A DNA stretch of 64,000 nt from Rhina ancylostomus (GCA_030265395.1 JARFYF010000084.1:64641681-64705680); one strand, 5' to 3'; positions 12,471-25,509 are shown, numbered from the stretch's first letter. Program-made: numbers and translations. Notes: a model not told the origin generated them from the sequence alone.

Positions 12471-12585
12471 AAGGAACTCCTTTACTGATAGTTCAAATAC
12501 TATAGTTTGCAAGCATAACAAATCAGAGGAACTTCATGTGTATGTCAATAAAGTGCAAGTAATTCAGAACATAGAATTGCAATAG
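12471..12585 (+). CDS. ITGB8: Probable terminal ITGB8 coding exon (cytoplasmic tail), with an apparent 1-nt frame discrepancy
   Basis: acceptor tttttttaaag at 12470; frame ending TAG 12583-12585 reads SSNTIVCKHNKSEELHVYVNKVQVIQNIELQ*, similar to beta-8 EKPEEIKMDISKLNA; phase-0 splicing gives only KELLY*. Confidence 0.55.
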
Positions 12586-15500
12586 AAACATTGCAAAATT
12601 AGTGCAGGATTCCAAACTGCTTAAAAGGTTTCAAATAAAATGATCAGATTACAAGAATGAGAAAGGCAATGCTCATTCCGTCTGATCGGACCCATTCAGA
12701 AAAGTCAGCACTTTCCACTACCAGCAATATTATTCACTTATTGCATAACAACCTGAAGATTTCTGCCAATATTACCTGATGGAAATCCACACTATGGAGT
12801 GAAATTATCCTTGGCTGCTGAAGCAAAAAAGGCAGCAGAATTGGAAAAAGATATTTTTTGAAGGAAAACAGAAAAAGAAAACTTGCACCTGCTTNNNNNN
12901 NNNNAAGGTGTAATATGGGTTGCTGATTCATTATCAATTGCTTTGGGCAATAGTTCATAATTTCAGCCCTCAGTTTTGATTGCTTTTCATTAACCAAACT
13001 TCCTAACATCAACCTATCTTTGTATTTCAAACCTGTACTCATTTGTCTTCATATGGCAGCTTAACTTTAAGTCATGTTCTTCATTTTCCTTTTCTATACT
13101 ATTTACAAATATGGTGCCCTGTGTCAGTAATCTCCTACTAAGACTAAATACATTGACTTGCTCCTGGTTTCCTTGATAATTTGGTCCTGTTAAATAGAAT
13201 TTTCACCGAGAGACCTGCTTCCATGTAGCTGAATACTGGATTTAACATTCAGTTATCAAGATTGTGTCACTGTGTCATGAACTGAGGTTCTTCTGATTTT
13301 ACAACAACCTCAGATGAACTATATTTATTTCAGACTCAACCTAATAGAAATTAAGTGTGAATTAAATTGTAGATAGTGACCTCTAGAGAGCTATCCTATA
13401 CTTAAAAAAAACTTAGCATTTTATCAAAACATGTTATTTGATAATATTCTTTACTTATGTTAACTATGACTCTTGGAACCAGTCTCTGTGCAATACAATA
13501 CTTGTAAGCAAATCACTAGAGATAATAGCAATATTATTGATTTCTATGATCACTACTGGAGAACAAAGTACAGATTTACTGTCAGTGTTATATTTCTGAT
13601 CATCAATATCCATACTTACCTTTGGATTGCTATTTGCTTTAAAATATTTTGAAATTACTCATGTATTTTCAATAAATACAGTTAAGTACATACTGATTAT
13701 CTAAAGATGTCCACAATGGGTCCCCTATTCATTAAGTCTGACTGCTAAAATAGCCATGGAAACCTTCATAACACTGATGTACTTGCTCATTATACTTTTT
13801 CTTTAGCATTTCCAGGGCTCTTTCACAAAAGTTAGAGAAAACATTTAAGAAAATGTCATGGAGTTTCATCCCCAATATATTTAAATCTCTTCTATTTCTT
13901 TACGTTTTTAGAAAAGTCTGTGCTGTAACAGAATTAGCTGAGTATTTGCACTATCAATTAACATGTAGCAATATCTTGAAATGAGCAATATCAGCTGGTG
14001 ATGGAATTATCAACCATAAAAAATTGTTCTTGAATCTTATTGACTGGAAATTATAATGAATGATATTATCATGTGAAATTTGACTATTCATTTANNNNNN
14101 NNNNNTTTCTGCCATTTTTTGTTAAAATCTAATTTCAAAGCTTGTGTTTCGTTAGAAAAAGTTCCTTTAAAATTACAATCAAGAATCTCTCTCAACCCTT
14201 TGAACTGAACGTGATCCAAAGTTTTCTAGGATGTGCAGTTATATTACTATCTATCACGTTATCCATTTTAAAGAAAACATCTCCTTTTCACTATCTGTTT
14301 CTCTCTATTCCTGTGCTATTTTTATAGGTAACCAATCTCTATCTAGAATCCCTAATATTTCACCATGTACATCACTTTAATCAAAATAAGGGCTGATTTT
14401 AGCTATCTACAGTAGCAAAACAAAGCTGCCTATATGCACCCTTTTGATTTTGCTTTTGGGTCAAGTACTATATAATTGCTCTTAAAGAAATCTTCAGATT
14501 CTGTTTTTAAGTCTTTAGCATTCACTCAGAAGCAGAATCTCCCACAATATATTAGTCTTGAGTCTAATAATATATTTATTTAAGAACATAAAATAACTTT
14601 GATTTGTACCTGTCCATATGTGCAAATATGTATGCTTAAACATGCATTCATGTTTATTGGTGTAATTTTTTTGCTTGTAGAACTGTGAATCACTTTTTGA
14701 TGCACTGGAGGCATTCTGTTTATGAAATAGGCATAGAATCAACATTCAGCTTTATAATTTATCAGAGATTACTTAACTTTTACTGGGTCAAAAGGGCAGT
14801 TTTGAAGAAACAACTGATTAACTGTTTATATCCATTGTTACATGGAAAGGGTTCCATGCTGGAAACGAATGGTCAACCCACTTAATCTCCATCATTATTG
14901 TGAATGTTACATATTATTGTTTTTCATTGCTTTTACATATAACCCTGAAACGTCATGGTAGAAGATCATTTGAGCCAAATTACACATTCTACTGCATTAT
15001 TTTAGCAAGGGCATTTTTTTAAAATGAGCAGTTTATTATCTGAGTTAACATAATATTCATAGGAATATCAAATGATATATTATGTACTTCATCATTAACA
15101 TCACAAAGAATAATACTTGGGTTGAATTCTCATATTCAGTATGTTTTATGCTCTTATTTGTTATAATGATCCTGAAGTTGATGGTTCAAGTGGCATTATA
15201 TCTCTGAGCATTAACATTATATTTCATTCTTTAACCAAAATGAGGAAAACATTAAGTCAAAATTATTTTGTTATAACTCTGTAGTTTGCACATTGGTGTT
15301 TCGTGCTATCAACACATCCCCCATTTTCAGGCTGACAAAAATCCCAGGCTTTTCATTTTCTCAGTCATGTCAGAACCTTCCACATTTCTAAGAAGTGTAA
15401 TGATACTACTGATGTAATTGAAAGGGTACAAGAATAACTGAAAAACTTATTAATTTTTCCTTGAACAATGTAACTAGTTAAGTGTTATTGCAGGACAAAC

Positions 15501-17191
15501 TATTTCATAATAATTCATTTAATTTACAAGAGTCCTTGGTTAACACTGTGCACTTTAGAAAACAATATAATCAGCAATTGATGAAACTAGTACAATTTCT
15601 CACATTACTGAAATGATAAAATAGCTATTGAATGTCAATCCCCAATTCTAAAATACTCTAAAACTTGCACTAACCATTGATTAAACTTTTCATATTTATT
15701 ATGAATTCTGATCAGTAGAATAAATGATCATTTAATGTCTGACTTTTAATTTATTTTATTTTGTATAGGAGATTATTTTTAGGTTTACACTTGGTGTCTG
15801 TAAAAAGTTAATGCTTAAAGAATCTAAGACTATAGTTAACATATGTTAATGTTGTTTAAGCATATTACCGAAATGGTTTATTCCTGCAGTCTGACATATT
15901 GAAGATGCATTTATCTTCTAAATTGCTGCTAATTAGTCATTGCACGCTGCAAATGGCTGCTTAATTGATTCTCTGTAAATCTCTGATAGAGAAATTAAAC
16001 ATCTAAAGTGGATGAAATATGATCAGTTAATAAGGGTCCTTTGTTCAAACATAATCTAAACAAACATCAAGGAAAACTGTCTTAAATTATTTCTGAAAAA
16101 AGAGGTAATCCAATTTTTCATTGCCAAAGTTATGAAGCAAACTTGCAACCCAATTGCTTCAACAGGCTATCCAATTATTTTAGATATTCACACTACATTT
16201 TATCTTAACTATAATAAACATTTCTATTGTCATTAATGAATGTATTTGCCTAGAATTTCAGTCGTAGAACAATGTCTATGACTCTGCAATTGAATTTCTA
16301 GTAAAATATATTCAGTGAAGAAAATTAAGGACTCACTACAAGGATCATCAACTTTGCAATTTTCCTTCTGAATGCTCTGTGTGTCTGATATGCTGTAGAT
16401 GCTAGAACATGTGCAATGGTGGAAGCACATGCCTGTGTGCAATGTCTGTGACTTTTAACTATTCGTACATAGCTCAGTGACAGAACAAGCTATCCATTAC
16501 AATACATGTGAGGCCCACTTTGGCATTATTTAAAAGAGTCCTGCCAAATAAGGTCCCAGATTATTGAGTCCAACACTGAATGCCTACCTCAGGTAAATTC
16601 TCAAGTTAAAAGTTTACCAAGAGTAGAAATTTTGGGGTAAAATAAGTCATCCTTATGACTGCTCTTCCTCATTATCCCTCCTTACCCTGAAGGTCAGGTC
16701 TCCTACCTTCTCCAAAATGAGCACAATACCAAATACTCAAGCCTAAACAATATATATTTGTTTTGTTATTGAAATTTTGATACTAATTTCACAGGAATGT
16801 GACAAGTTCATTTGTAGATGGCAATGATACCAGGGCTGATTAAAATTAGAAGTTTAAAACCATTTCATATCATGAGCATTGTAGGCTAATACTCAACTGG
16901 AATGTTACTACAAATTGCAGACATTGAATAAACCAATCTGGTTGCTTAAACAACAAACCTAGCACTGAATATTGACATTTTTTGTAGCATTTTTTATCAT
17001 ATTTGTAGTATCATTGTTTTATTTTTTGTGGTATTGTTATACCTTACAGTACTAAATAGTTGAGACTATTTTCAGAATAAAAATAGAATAATTATATGTG
17101 ACTGTTTATCTTTCAAAATATGCTCTTGTAATTTATCCCAGCAAAGTGATGGCTTTTGTAAATGGATGTCATGTTTCCAAAAGTTCTGTTA

Positions 17192-17197
17192 AATAAA
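17192..17197 (+). terminator. Candidate polyadenylation signal closing a long ITGB8 3' UTR (second AATAAA at 17076-17081)
   Basis: AATAAA with upstream TGTA elements and downstream GT/T-rich sequence, at the end of a TE-free AT-rich stretch. Confidence 0.4.
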
Positions 17198-17789
17198 ACT
17201 TCATTTGTTGCATGGACAGCAAACAAGTATGTTTTAACTACTTTGCTTATCTGGAGAAACCATCAATGTTTGCTCAAGAGCCTGAGTCATCCAGTCCAAT
17301 GCTGCAAAATTCAATGATTATTTATGAAATATGATATGAGCAAGATCCTAAACCTCTTTGCTTTTGCACACGTCATAAAAATATTCCACTGGCAGCTTCT
17401 GAGTTGTTCAAGGTCATTGAGTCTCTTCGTGATGATCTGGTATACTCTTTAATCCTATTGTCTCTTTCAGAGTTCTGAGATGCCTAATTGATAGCTACCT
17501 CCCTGTTTTATCAGAAGACTTTGTGTGCCATCACAATGAATACATGCCAAGTATCAGAAGACATTATTTAATCGAAGTAGCAAGAACACTAGGCTTTCTC
17601 CTTCCAAAATTATAATTATGTCTTTAAATATACCTCTTTTTAATATATAAAAGCATTGTTCTGATGTTGCAAAGCCTAATTTAGCTCTCAAGGATTATTC
17701 AAACAACACTTGATGTTTTAAATTGGGCTATGTAACAAAAGAACGTAATGATAGGTACAGGAGTAGATAATAAGGCTATCAATGAACAA

Positions 17790-18520
17790 TTCAGTATGAT
17801 CTGATTTTGCCCTTTATTCCATTTCCCTACCTGATTCTCATACCCTGTGACTCCCCTGTGGTCCAGAAATCTGTCTTGGAGTTAAGTTCTCTGGGCCAAA
17901 GTCCTCACGTGAGAGGAATCTCCTTATCCTTGTCTTAAATGGAAAACCTCTCTTCTGAATTTATATCCCTAATTCCAGATTTCCCCTGTGAGGGGAAACA
18001 ATCTTTCTTTATCTAGGCTGTCAGAATTTTTTCATATTTCATAACTAATGAGTATGGGCCCAATCTACTTGGTGCCTCAATTCCAGAAATGAACGATGTG
18101 AAATCTCTCCAATTTGCCTCCAATGCAAGTATATTTAAATAAAGGGATTAAACCTATGCTCTGTACACCAGCTGTGGTCCCACCAGTGTTGTGTACAATT
18201 GTTTCAAAACATTGCTACTTTTGAACTCCTTCCCCTTTGCAATAAAGACTAGCATTCCATTTGTCTTCATAATTAATTGATATGCTTGCATGCTAACGAT
18301 GTGTTTCATGCATTCTGCAGTTTCTTCACCAAAACAATATTCTGTTCTTCCTACCTCACATGCCTCTATGTTTCCTCATATTATACTCTGCCACATTTTT
18401 GCCCACTCACTCAATTTATCTGCATCCTTTTGCAGACTTTGTTCTCCTCACCACTTGTTTTCTTATCTTGCTCTACTGTCAGCAAATTTAGTTCCAGGAA
18501 AACTTGATCCTTTCACCTGT
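17790..18520 (-). mobile_element. Degenerate CR1 LINE 3' fragment
   Basis: reverse-complement CR1 ORF2 C-terminal wording (ctgtacaccagctgtggtcccaccagtgttgtgtacaattg; ttgcaataaagactagcattccatttg). Confidence 0.7.
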
Positions 18521-18934
18521 CATTAATAGCTGTTTTGTGTATGAGGCCATGAGGATCATTAATGTGGTTTGTGATGTATCCTATGAACATATTTCCAGTG
18601 GGAAGTCCACAGAATGCCATCCAGAAGGGAAACTAAGACACTGGTGCTAGTGTGAATAGAAGGAAGATCATAGTACAAAATAGATGGTATTCCCATCATT
18701 TTATTAAACTGCTTTCTTTAGTCAGCACTCTGCCTTAATCATAGATGATTCTGATGTTAAATGAAAAGAACATACCCACCCCTCTCCTTCCAGTCACCAC
18801 TGTTTTAAGGAATCATGAAATACGTGGTGGATGTATTGCTTCTGCTGGCTGGTTGTCCATTTAATTGTAGATCCTTCAGAGCATTTTGATACTTCAAGAC
18901 TGAATACCAGAAGCACAATAGGATACTGCACTCT

Positions 18935-20290
18935 AGAATAGTAATTCATAATCAGAGAGTTCTAATTCTAACCATGGCCACTCATGAAGTTGAAACTCAG
19001 TTAGCTAAATTATTTCAGAATGAAAGGAAATCACATTATGAACAAGAATATTTATGAAAGTGTAAGATTATCATAAAAACTCAACTGATGTCCAGTATGG
19101 GTGGAAGTTAGGAATAAGAAAGGAGCAGTTACCCTCCTGGGAATATTCTATAGGCCCCCTGGTAGCAGTAGGGATACTGAGGAGCAGATTGGGAGACGGT
19201 TAATGCATTTTATTAAACTGCTGTCCTCAGCTGTCCTGTCCATTATAATAACCCTGTTATTTTCGCAGAAAGATGCAAAAATAACAGGGTTATTATAATG
19301 GGTGACTTCAACTTTTCAAATATTGATTGGCACCTGCTTCGTGCCAAAGGTTTAGACTGGGCGTAGTTTGTTAAGTGTGTTGAGGATGGATTCCTGACAC
19401 AGTATGTTGGCAGGCCGACTAGAGGGAATGCCATATTAGATCTAGTTTTAGGTAATGAACCGGGACAGGTGACAGATCTATCGGTGGGTGAGCATTTGGG
19501 GGACAGTGACCATTNNNNNNNNNNNNNNNNNNNNNNNNNNNNNNNNNNNNNNNNNNNNNNNNNNNNNNNNNNNNNNNNNNNNNNNNNNNNNNNNNNNNNN
19601 NNNNNNNNNNNNNNTGTCAGAGGGAGGTTTTTCACCCAGAGAGTGGTTGGTGCATGGAATACGCTGCCTGGGGTGGTGGTGGAGGCTGATATGTTGGTCA
19701 AGTTCAAGAGATTATTGGATAGGCATATGGAGGAATTTAAGATAGAGGGATATGTGGGTAGAAGGTGTTAGATAATCTTAGGTGTGGTTTGAAAGGTGGC
19801 ACAATTTTGTGGGCCGAAGGGCCTGTATTATGCTGTATTTTTCTATGTCCTTTAAGGAAGGGATCGTAATGTCCTTAACTGCCTGGCCTATATGTCACTC
19901 TCGAACCACAGAAATGTAGTTGACTGTTAACTGCCATTTAGTCACTTAGTTAAAGCAAAAATGTTGCAATAACAATTAATCCAGTAGGCACATTGGATAT
20001 GAACCAGACAAAAGCACAGCAAATCTGGTCATCTCTGCAACATCCTGTTCATTAATCTGGCCCATAACAACAAAGGTAGAAGAGCTTTCTGAGACCTGCC
20101 ATAACCATGATCACAGAATCATACTTCGCAATCAACATCCCCAACTCCTCTGTTCTCATTTCTGTTTACGTCCTGTCTCATTAGTAAGCCAGGCTTATGA
20201 GAGCTGACAGATCAGTGGCATAAAGTCAAGAGGAGTGGACCTGGAAAACTTTAACATTGACCTCGGGCTCTACAGGGTCTTGTGCTATGT
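18935..20290 (+). mobile_element. 5' part of an old LINE with SINE-like 5' UTR and degenerate endonuclease, split by a younger CR1
   Basis: aaaactcaactg...atgtcctttaaggaagg...ctggcctatatgtcactc...ttgactgttaactgcc is continuous across the CR1 insertion; downstream cacagaatcatac endonuclease-like wording. Confidence 0.55.
19094..19850 (+). mobile_element. Young 5'-truncated CR1 LINE (APE part, gap, 3' end)
   Basis: EVRNKKGAVTLLGIFYRPP, MGDFNF, ILDLVLGNEP, GDSDH; after the gap RFFTQRVVGAWNTLP and gtgggccgaagggcctg tail; flanked by atgtcc direct repeat. Confidence 0.88.
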
Positions 20291-21629
20291 TGTGAAATTA
20301 GAAAGAATCATAAAATAAACATTCAAAACCAAAGTAAAGGAGCTCATATTATATTAGGAGGTAAACTAATCATTTTCTGTACTCCCTTAGTGTGCATCAT
20401 CTATGTGTTGTTTCCAACACTAGTGATACCACATGGTACTATCCCAGAGGTTGTGGCATTCCTGATGGTAGTTTGCTGTCTTTTCTTGAGGAAGAACACA
20501 AATGACCATAGGCAGCTCCAAAAGTAGCTCTTGCTGCAACTTTCACCCGTTGTGATGTGGCAAGATGTCTAAACTGACTGGCAGACAGACAACAGTAAGG
20601 GCATGGGTAGGGGAAGTATGAGAAAGGACAACAGATTAGTATTCCTTGGAGTGACTGGTAATTCCCCCAGAGCAATGTCTCAGCAATCCTAATGATATAC
20701 TGAAGAGATTCACAAACTGCTGTAAAACTTGCAAATCCCTTTGAACACCAGTATTCCATGATTTCAGCATTATGAGGGTTGCNNNNNNNNNNNNNNNNNN
20801 NNNNNNNNNNNNNNNNNNNNNNNNNNNNNNNNNNNNNNNNNNNNNNNNNNNNNNNNNNNNNNNNNNNNNNNNNNNNNNNNNNNNNNNNNNNNNNNNNNNN
20901 NNNNNNNNNNNNNNNNNNNNNNNNNNNNNNNNNNNNNNNNNNNNNNNNNNNNNNNNNNNNNNNNNNNNNNNNNNNNNNNNNNNNNNNNNNNNNNNNNNNN
21001 NNNNNNNNNNNNNNNNNNNNNNNNNNNNNNNNNNNNNNNNNNNNNNNNNNNNNNNNNNNNNNNNNNNNNNNNNNNNNNNNNNNNNNNNNNNNNNNNNNNN
21101 NNNNNNNNNNNNNNNNNNNNNNNNNNNNNNNNNNNNNNNNNNNNNNNNNNNNNNNNNNNNNNNNNNNNNNNNNNNNNNNNNNNNNNNNNNNNNNNNNNNN
21201 NNNNNNNNNNNNNNNNNNNNNNNNNNNNNNNNNNNNNNNNNNNNNNNNNNNNNNNNNNNNNNNNNNNNNNNNNNNNNNNNNNNNNNNNNNNNNNNNNNNN
21301 NNNNNNNNNNNNNNNNNNNNNNNNNNNNNNNNNNNNNNNNNNNNNNNNNNNNNNNNNNNNNNNNNNNNNNNNNNNNNNNNNNNNNNNNNNNNNNNNNNNN
21401 NNNNNNNNNNNNNNNNNNNNNNNNNNNNNNNNNNNNNNNNNNNNNNNNNNNNNNNNNNNNNNNNNNNNNNNNNNNNNNNNNNNNNNNNNNNNNNNNNNNN
21501 NNNNNNNNNNNNNNNNNNNNNNNNNNNNNNNNNNNNNNNNNNNNNNNNNNNNNNNNNNNNNNNNNNNNNNNNNNNNNNNNNNNNNNNNNNNNNNNNNNNN
21601 NNNNNNNNNNNNNNNNNNNNNNNNNNNNN

Positions 21630-21700
21630 AGGGACATGTTCGGCACAGCTTTGTGGGCCGAAGGGCCTGAATTGTGCCGTAGTTTTTCTATGTTTCTATA
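21630..21700 (+). mobile_element. 3' tail of young CR1 LINE whose body lies in the preceding gap
   Basis: near-identical to 38-113. Confidence 0.75.
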
Positions 21701-22929
21701 AATGTGTTAGAACCTACTGGTGTAGTGGTGAAATCAACCATCAGTTGCTTCAATACAGTGGATTCCATGGGTGTCAATGGAAATGACCACCGGTTCCATA
21801 CTGGGAAGGATAAGGTCCAAGGTTTTCACAAAGCCCAGTGCTAAATTGGTGATGGAGCTCTCTCCATATCTGCTTAGGCTTTTAAATGCAATGAGCGTTA
21901 AGTGTGAACATTGTCTTTTCATTTGTAAATGGACTCTTCTGCAGCAGAACCAGGTTCCCTCCAGTGAACTGACTCCTGTGCAAGGCAAATTGGTGATCAA
22001 GGCATGTTGGAACATGGTCAGGAGGTGGGATATTGGTTGCTGGATTTCCTTAGCGTCATGAGCACTGATGCATTGTGAGAGCAAATGGCTCTCATCATGC
22101 TGCAGTACTCATAACTCTAGGAAAAGAATTGTCTGACTGCAGAGGAATATGGGCGTTTTAGCAACTACAGGGGCACGTGGTAAGTGGGAAACATGGCTGC
22201 AACATCAATTACACATTAATGATCAGAACATCATATGAACAAACATAGTTTTTGCATTGACAGTGGTTTCTTGCAATGAAGTTTCCTGCCCTGAATGAAA
22301 TGAACAAAGAAAGACTTCCAACAGCCTGTTGAGTAAAGTTATGCAAGGCAGGGACCAACATAAGGTTTCCAGGCTAGGCTGTTCAAGTGGGAAAATACAC
22401 CTTAAGATATTGATTACATACATTAAGGACATCAGTTCTGTCAGGTTGAAAGCATAACAATGATGCTGAACCCTATTTAGTATAAGGTTAAAATTAAATG
22501 TTGTACAAAAACATATCGTAGGTATTACATCTAAAGTCAGATACCAGGCACTGTTGCATACATAGCAAATCATCAATCAACCAATAACTGAAGTTCAAAC
22601 AATTAATTACCATTTTTGGATCACTTTATATGTCAGTCTTCCACTTAGTAAGATATTTGCACTTAAATATTCTTCTGCCTCTGCACTTAGTCATAAATCC
22701 TCTCATCTATTATGAAACCCCTACTGTCAATTGGTTTTGTAAATGTATTGTAATCCTTTAATGATGATGAATCAACTCATGCAAGGCACGTTTTATGAAC
22801 TCACATGCAGGCAGGGCAACAAAGCTTTGGAGGACGTGCATATTAAGAACTGAACATTGTGATCAGTTTTGCTACCCTGAGAATTGAGACCGTGCAAGTG
22901 AAAGGCTCTCCTTGCACAAGGTGGCAATC

Positions 22930-23100
22930 AGCAACAACAGCAGCAATAACATATTCCATTCATTAAGCAGTTTGAAGCAGTAATTTAACAGTGTGCTCCA
23001 CGGGAGCAGAAGTTGAACACAACTTCACAGGTTTGTCAGAAAGATGGATTTCAGAGAGTTTTTTAAAAGGAAGATAGCGAGGTATAGAGGCAATAGTTTA
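22930..23100 (-). mobile_element. L2 LINE 3' end remnant
   Basis: (aac)n-like tail followed by tcagaaagatggatttcagagagttttttaaaagga L2 terminal motif on the minus strand. Confidence 0.45.
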
Positions 23101-24794
23101 TTGAAAAATATGTTTTATCAGTTTACCTTAAGCATACTACTCTATTTTCAAAAGTTCAACTAAGCTGCAATTTAAGAAGAAAGCATGTAGCCAAACAGTT
23201 CAAAGAATGGTTGTGCTGATGGAGCCAATAATTCAGAAATTATCATTCAAAAATTGTCATTCAAAATTTAGACATATTTTGTGGTGCTTTCATAGTTTTC
23301 ATATAATTACAATGCAACAAATAAGTTTAAGAATATCAAAAATGCAGAAAGAAAAAGAAATTTAATGGGTTTCTGAAAAATTGCATAATCAGGGCAAGGA
23401 GAAACAAATATACAGCATATGGAATTTCAGAAGGCTTTTATTCAGCAATCTCGCAAGAGATTTTTACAGAAAATTCTATGTAATGGGAAACAAGTCTGCA
23501 CTGATAAAACCCTGGCTGATGTGCAGTGTAATGCTCTTGGGTGCTGCTGCTTCCCTCTCTGAATTATCTCCCATACCCTCAGTTCTGCAGAACTGTTCTC
23601 AGCCTTTGGCCCTGTGGTTACTCTGCATTGGACAGATGTCAATAAGTCCCCACCTATTATGACATCCCTCAAAAGATCTTTGGAAATTCAAAGTATCCAG
23701 ATTTAGCTGGATACTAAATCTGCACTTGATTCAGAACTTCAGTAACTTTGTAATCCAAAAATATCTTATGGATGCTGATTTCTTCCCTAGAGCTCACACA
23801 GTCTCCTGTAGTAATATTGTCAGTGCTACCTGAATTGAAATTGTCTTGCTACTGCATCTTGAGTCAATTCTGTTGTCTTTCATCCTGTTTGTGAATAATA
23901 ATGGCATAGCAGTCATTCTGAAGCTCTGCTGAACTGTCTCTCTTGTAGTATCTAAAAAGTATAAGGACTCTTCCTCCGAAATGTTGACATTCAAGAATTG
24001 CATATGTTCCCAAATCACTGTCTAAATAGCACTCTTGACTCAAACAGCTCATAAGAGACTTTCACTCTACCCTGGTCTAAATCTCTGGTCTACTGGTCAC
24101 CTTTCTTTGCAGATTTGTTTCACAATTTTGTGGTGGTCTCCACAGATATTTCAGCAGATTCTGCCCTAGTTAGTATACTGCTACCTTCATATTTGTTTTA
24201 CGTAGTGTCCTGGAGCAAAACAGACAGATGCCAAAACCTTGCAGGTGGTTACTCGACAATTCTCACCCATAGTTACTGCAAGTCCCATGTTTGCAAAGAA
24301 TGTTGTTATTATCCTCCTTAAATCACAAAAAAGTCAATTTGCATTACTTATCCATGTGAAATTATTGTGCTCCCACTCTCCTCATGTGTTTCTTTCTCAA
24401 TCTATTCAGGACACAACCTTTGTGTACATTGACCCAATATTTGCCTTTATCTCCTCTCAAGTAGGTCTCACAAAGAGCTCTTTTANNNNNNNNNNGCCCA
24501 AGCAACACATTTCTTTTTAGGTCGGCTATTGTCAAATTTCATCCGCAATGGTGCCAGGGCATTTCCAGCTCTAGCCAATGGCCACACATACCCTCAGAGA
24601 GCTAGCTGCCTTCAGTGTTCAGTGTTCTTTCAACCCATGGTTACCATTACTCTGGCTGCTCTAGTGGTGTGGTAACTATTGATTTCTCATTGAATTTTCA
24701 AGTACTGACTCTGGTCTGTCAGTTTTTGAGAACTGTGGGTGAGGAGGTGAGTCCTGAATGAATGAATATTTTTCATTTGTATTCACTAAGGATA

Positions 24795-25490
24795 AAGTCC
24801 TTCCTTCAAATCCTTCCTATAGTGGGGCAACTAGAACTGAATTAAAGAATTCCAAGTGCAGTCTAACCAGTGCTTTTTAGTTGCAACATAACGTTCCAAC
24901 TTTTATATTCTCTGCCCCGATGAAGATATCTTCACCACCCTAAATACCTGTGTTGCCACTTTCTGGGAATTATGGACTTGGTTCTCTGGAACTATGGAAG
25001 GTCTCTCTGTTCATTAACATTCTTTACCACTCTATCATTTATTGTAAATGTCCAATGCCTAGTTGATTTCTCAAATTAGTGAGGCAGAATAATGGCTATC
25101 CCTGATCAGCTATTGAATTTCCAAATGTACATAACTTCAATCTCTTGGCTTTATTAACTATCTTCTAGTCTTCTGGCACGTCACTTATGGGTAACAAAGA
25201 TGTAAAAATCTCTGTCGGGGCTCCAGCTATCTCCTCCCTTAATTCCCATTGCAACCTGAGATAGATCTTATCAACCTTTATGCATTACATGACATCTAAC
25301 ACTTCCTCCTTAATACTGACCTGCTCCAGATTATCCACCTAACCCTCACTGAACTCACTTCCACATCCTTGCACTTAGTGAATACTTACTTGTAGAATGT
25401 CTCGGTAATCTCCTTTGATCTTATTTGCCAAAGGTATTTTATGGCTCTCCTAATTTCTTTCTTAAGTTCTTTTCTACACACGCTATATTC
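24795..25490 (-). mobile_element. Degenerate, internally deleted CR1 ORF2
   Basis: reverse complement of VMLQL..LVRLHLE and RT N-terminal segments. Confidence 0.7.
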
Positions 25491-25509
25491 CTCAAGATAG
25501 TATTAAAAC

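Noticed and set aside
15915-15975. Clustered TAAT/ATTA sites as a possible conserved enhancer
   Set aside because: Such motifs are frequent by chance in AT-rich DNA; cannot be supported without cross-species alignment.
20282-22084. Hydrophobic or gap-spanning ORFs between ITGB8 and ABCB5 as a possible hidden gene
   Set aside because: No recognisable domain or splice-consistent exon chain; most start at non-ATG codons or run through Ns.
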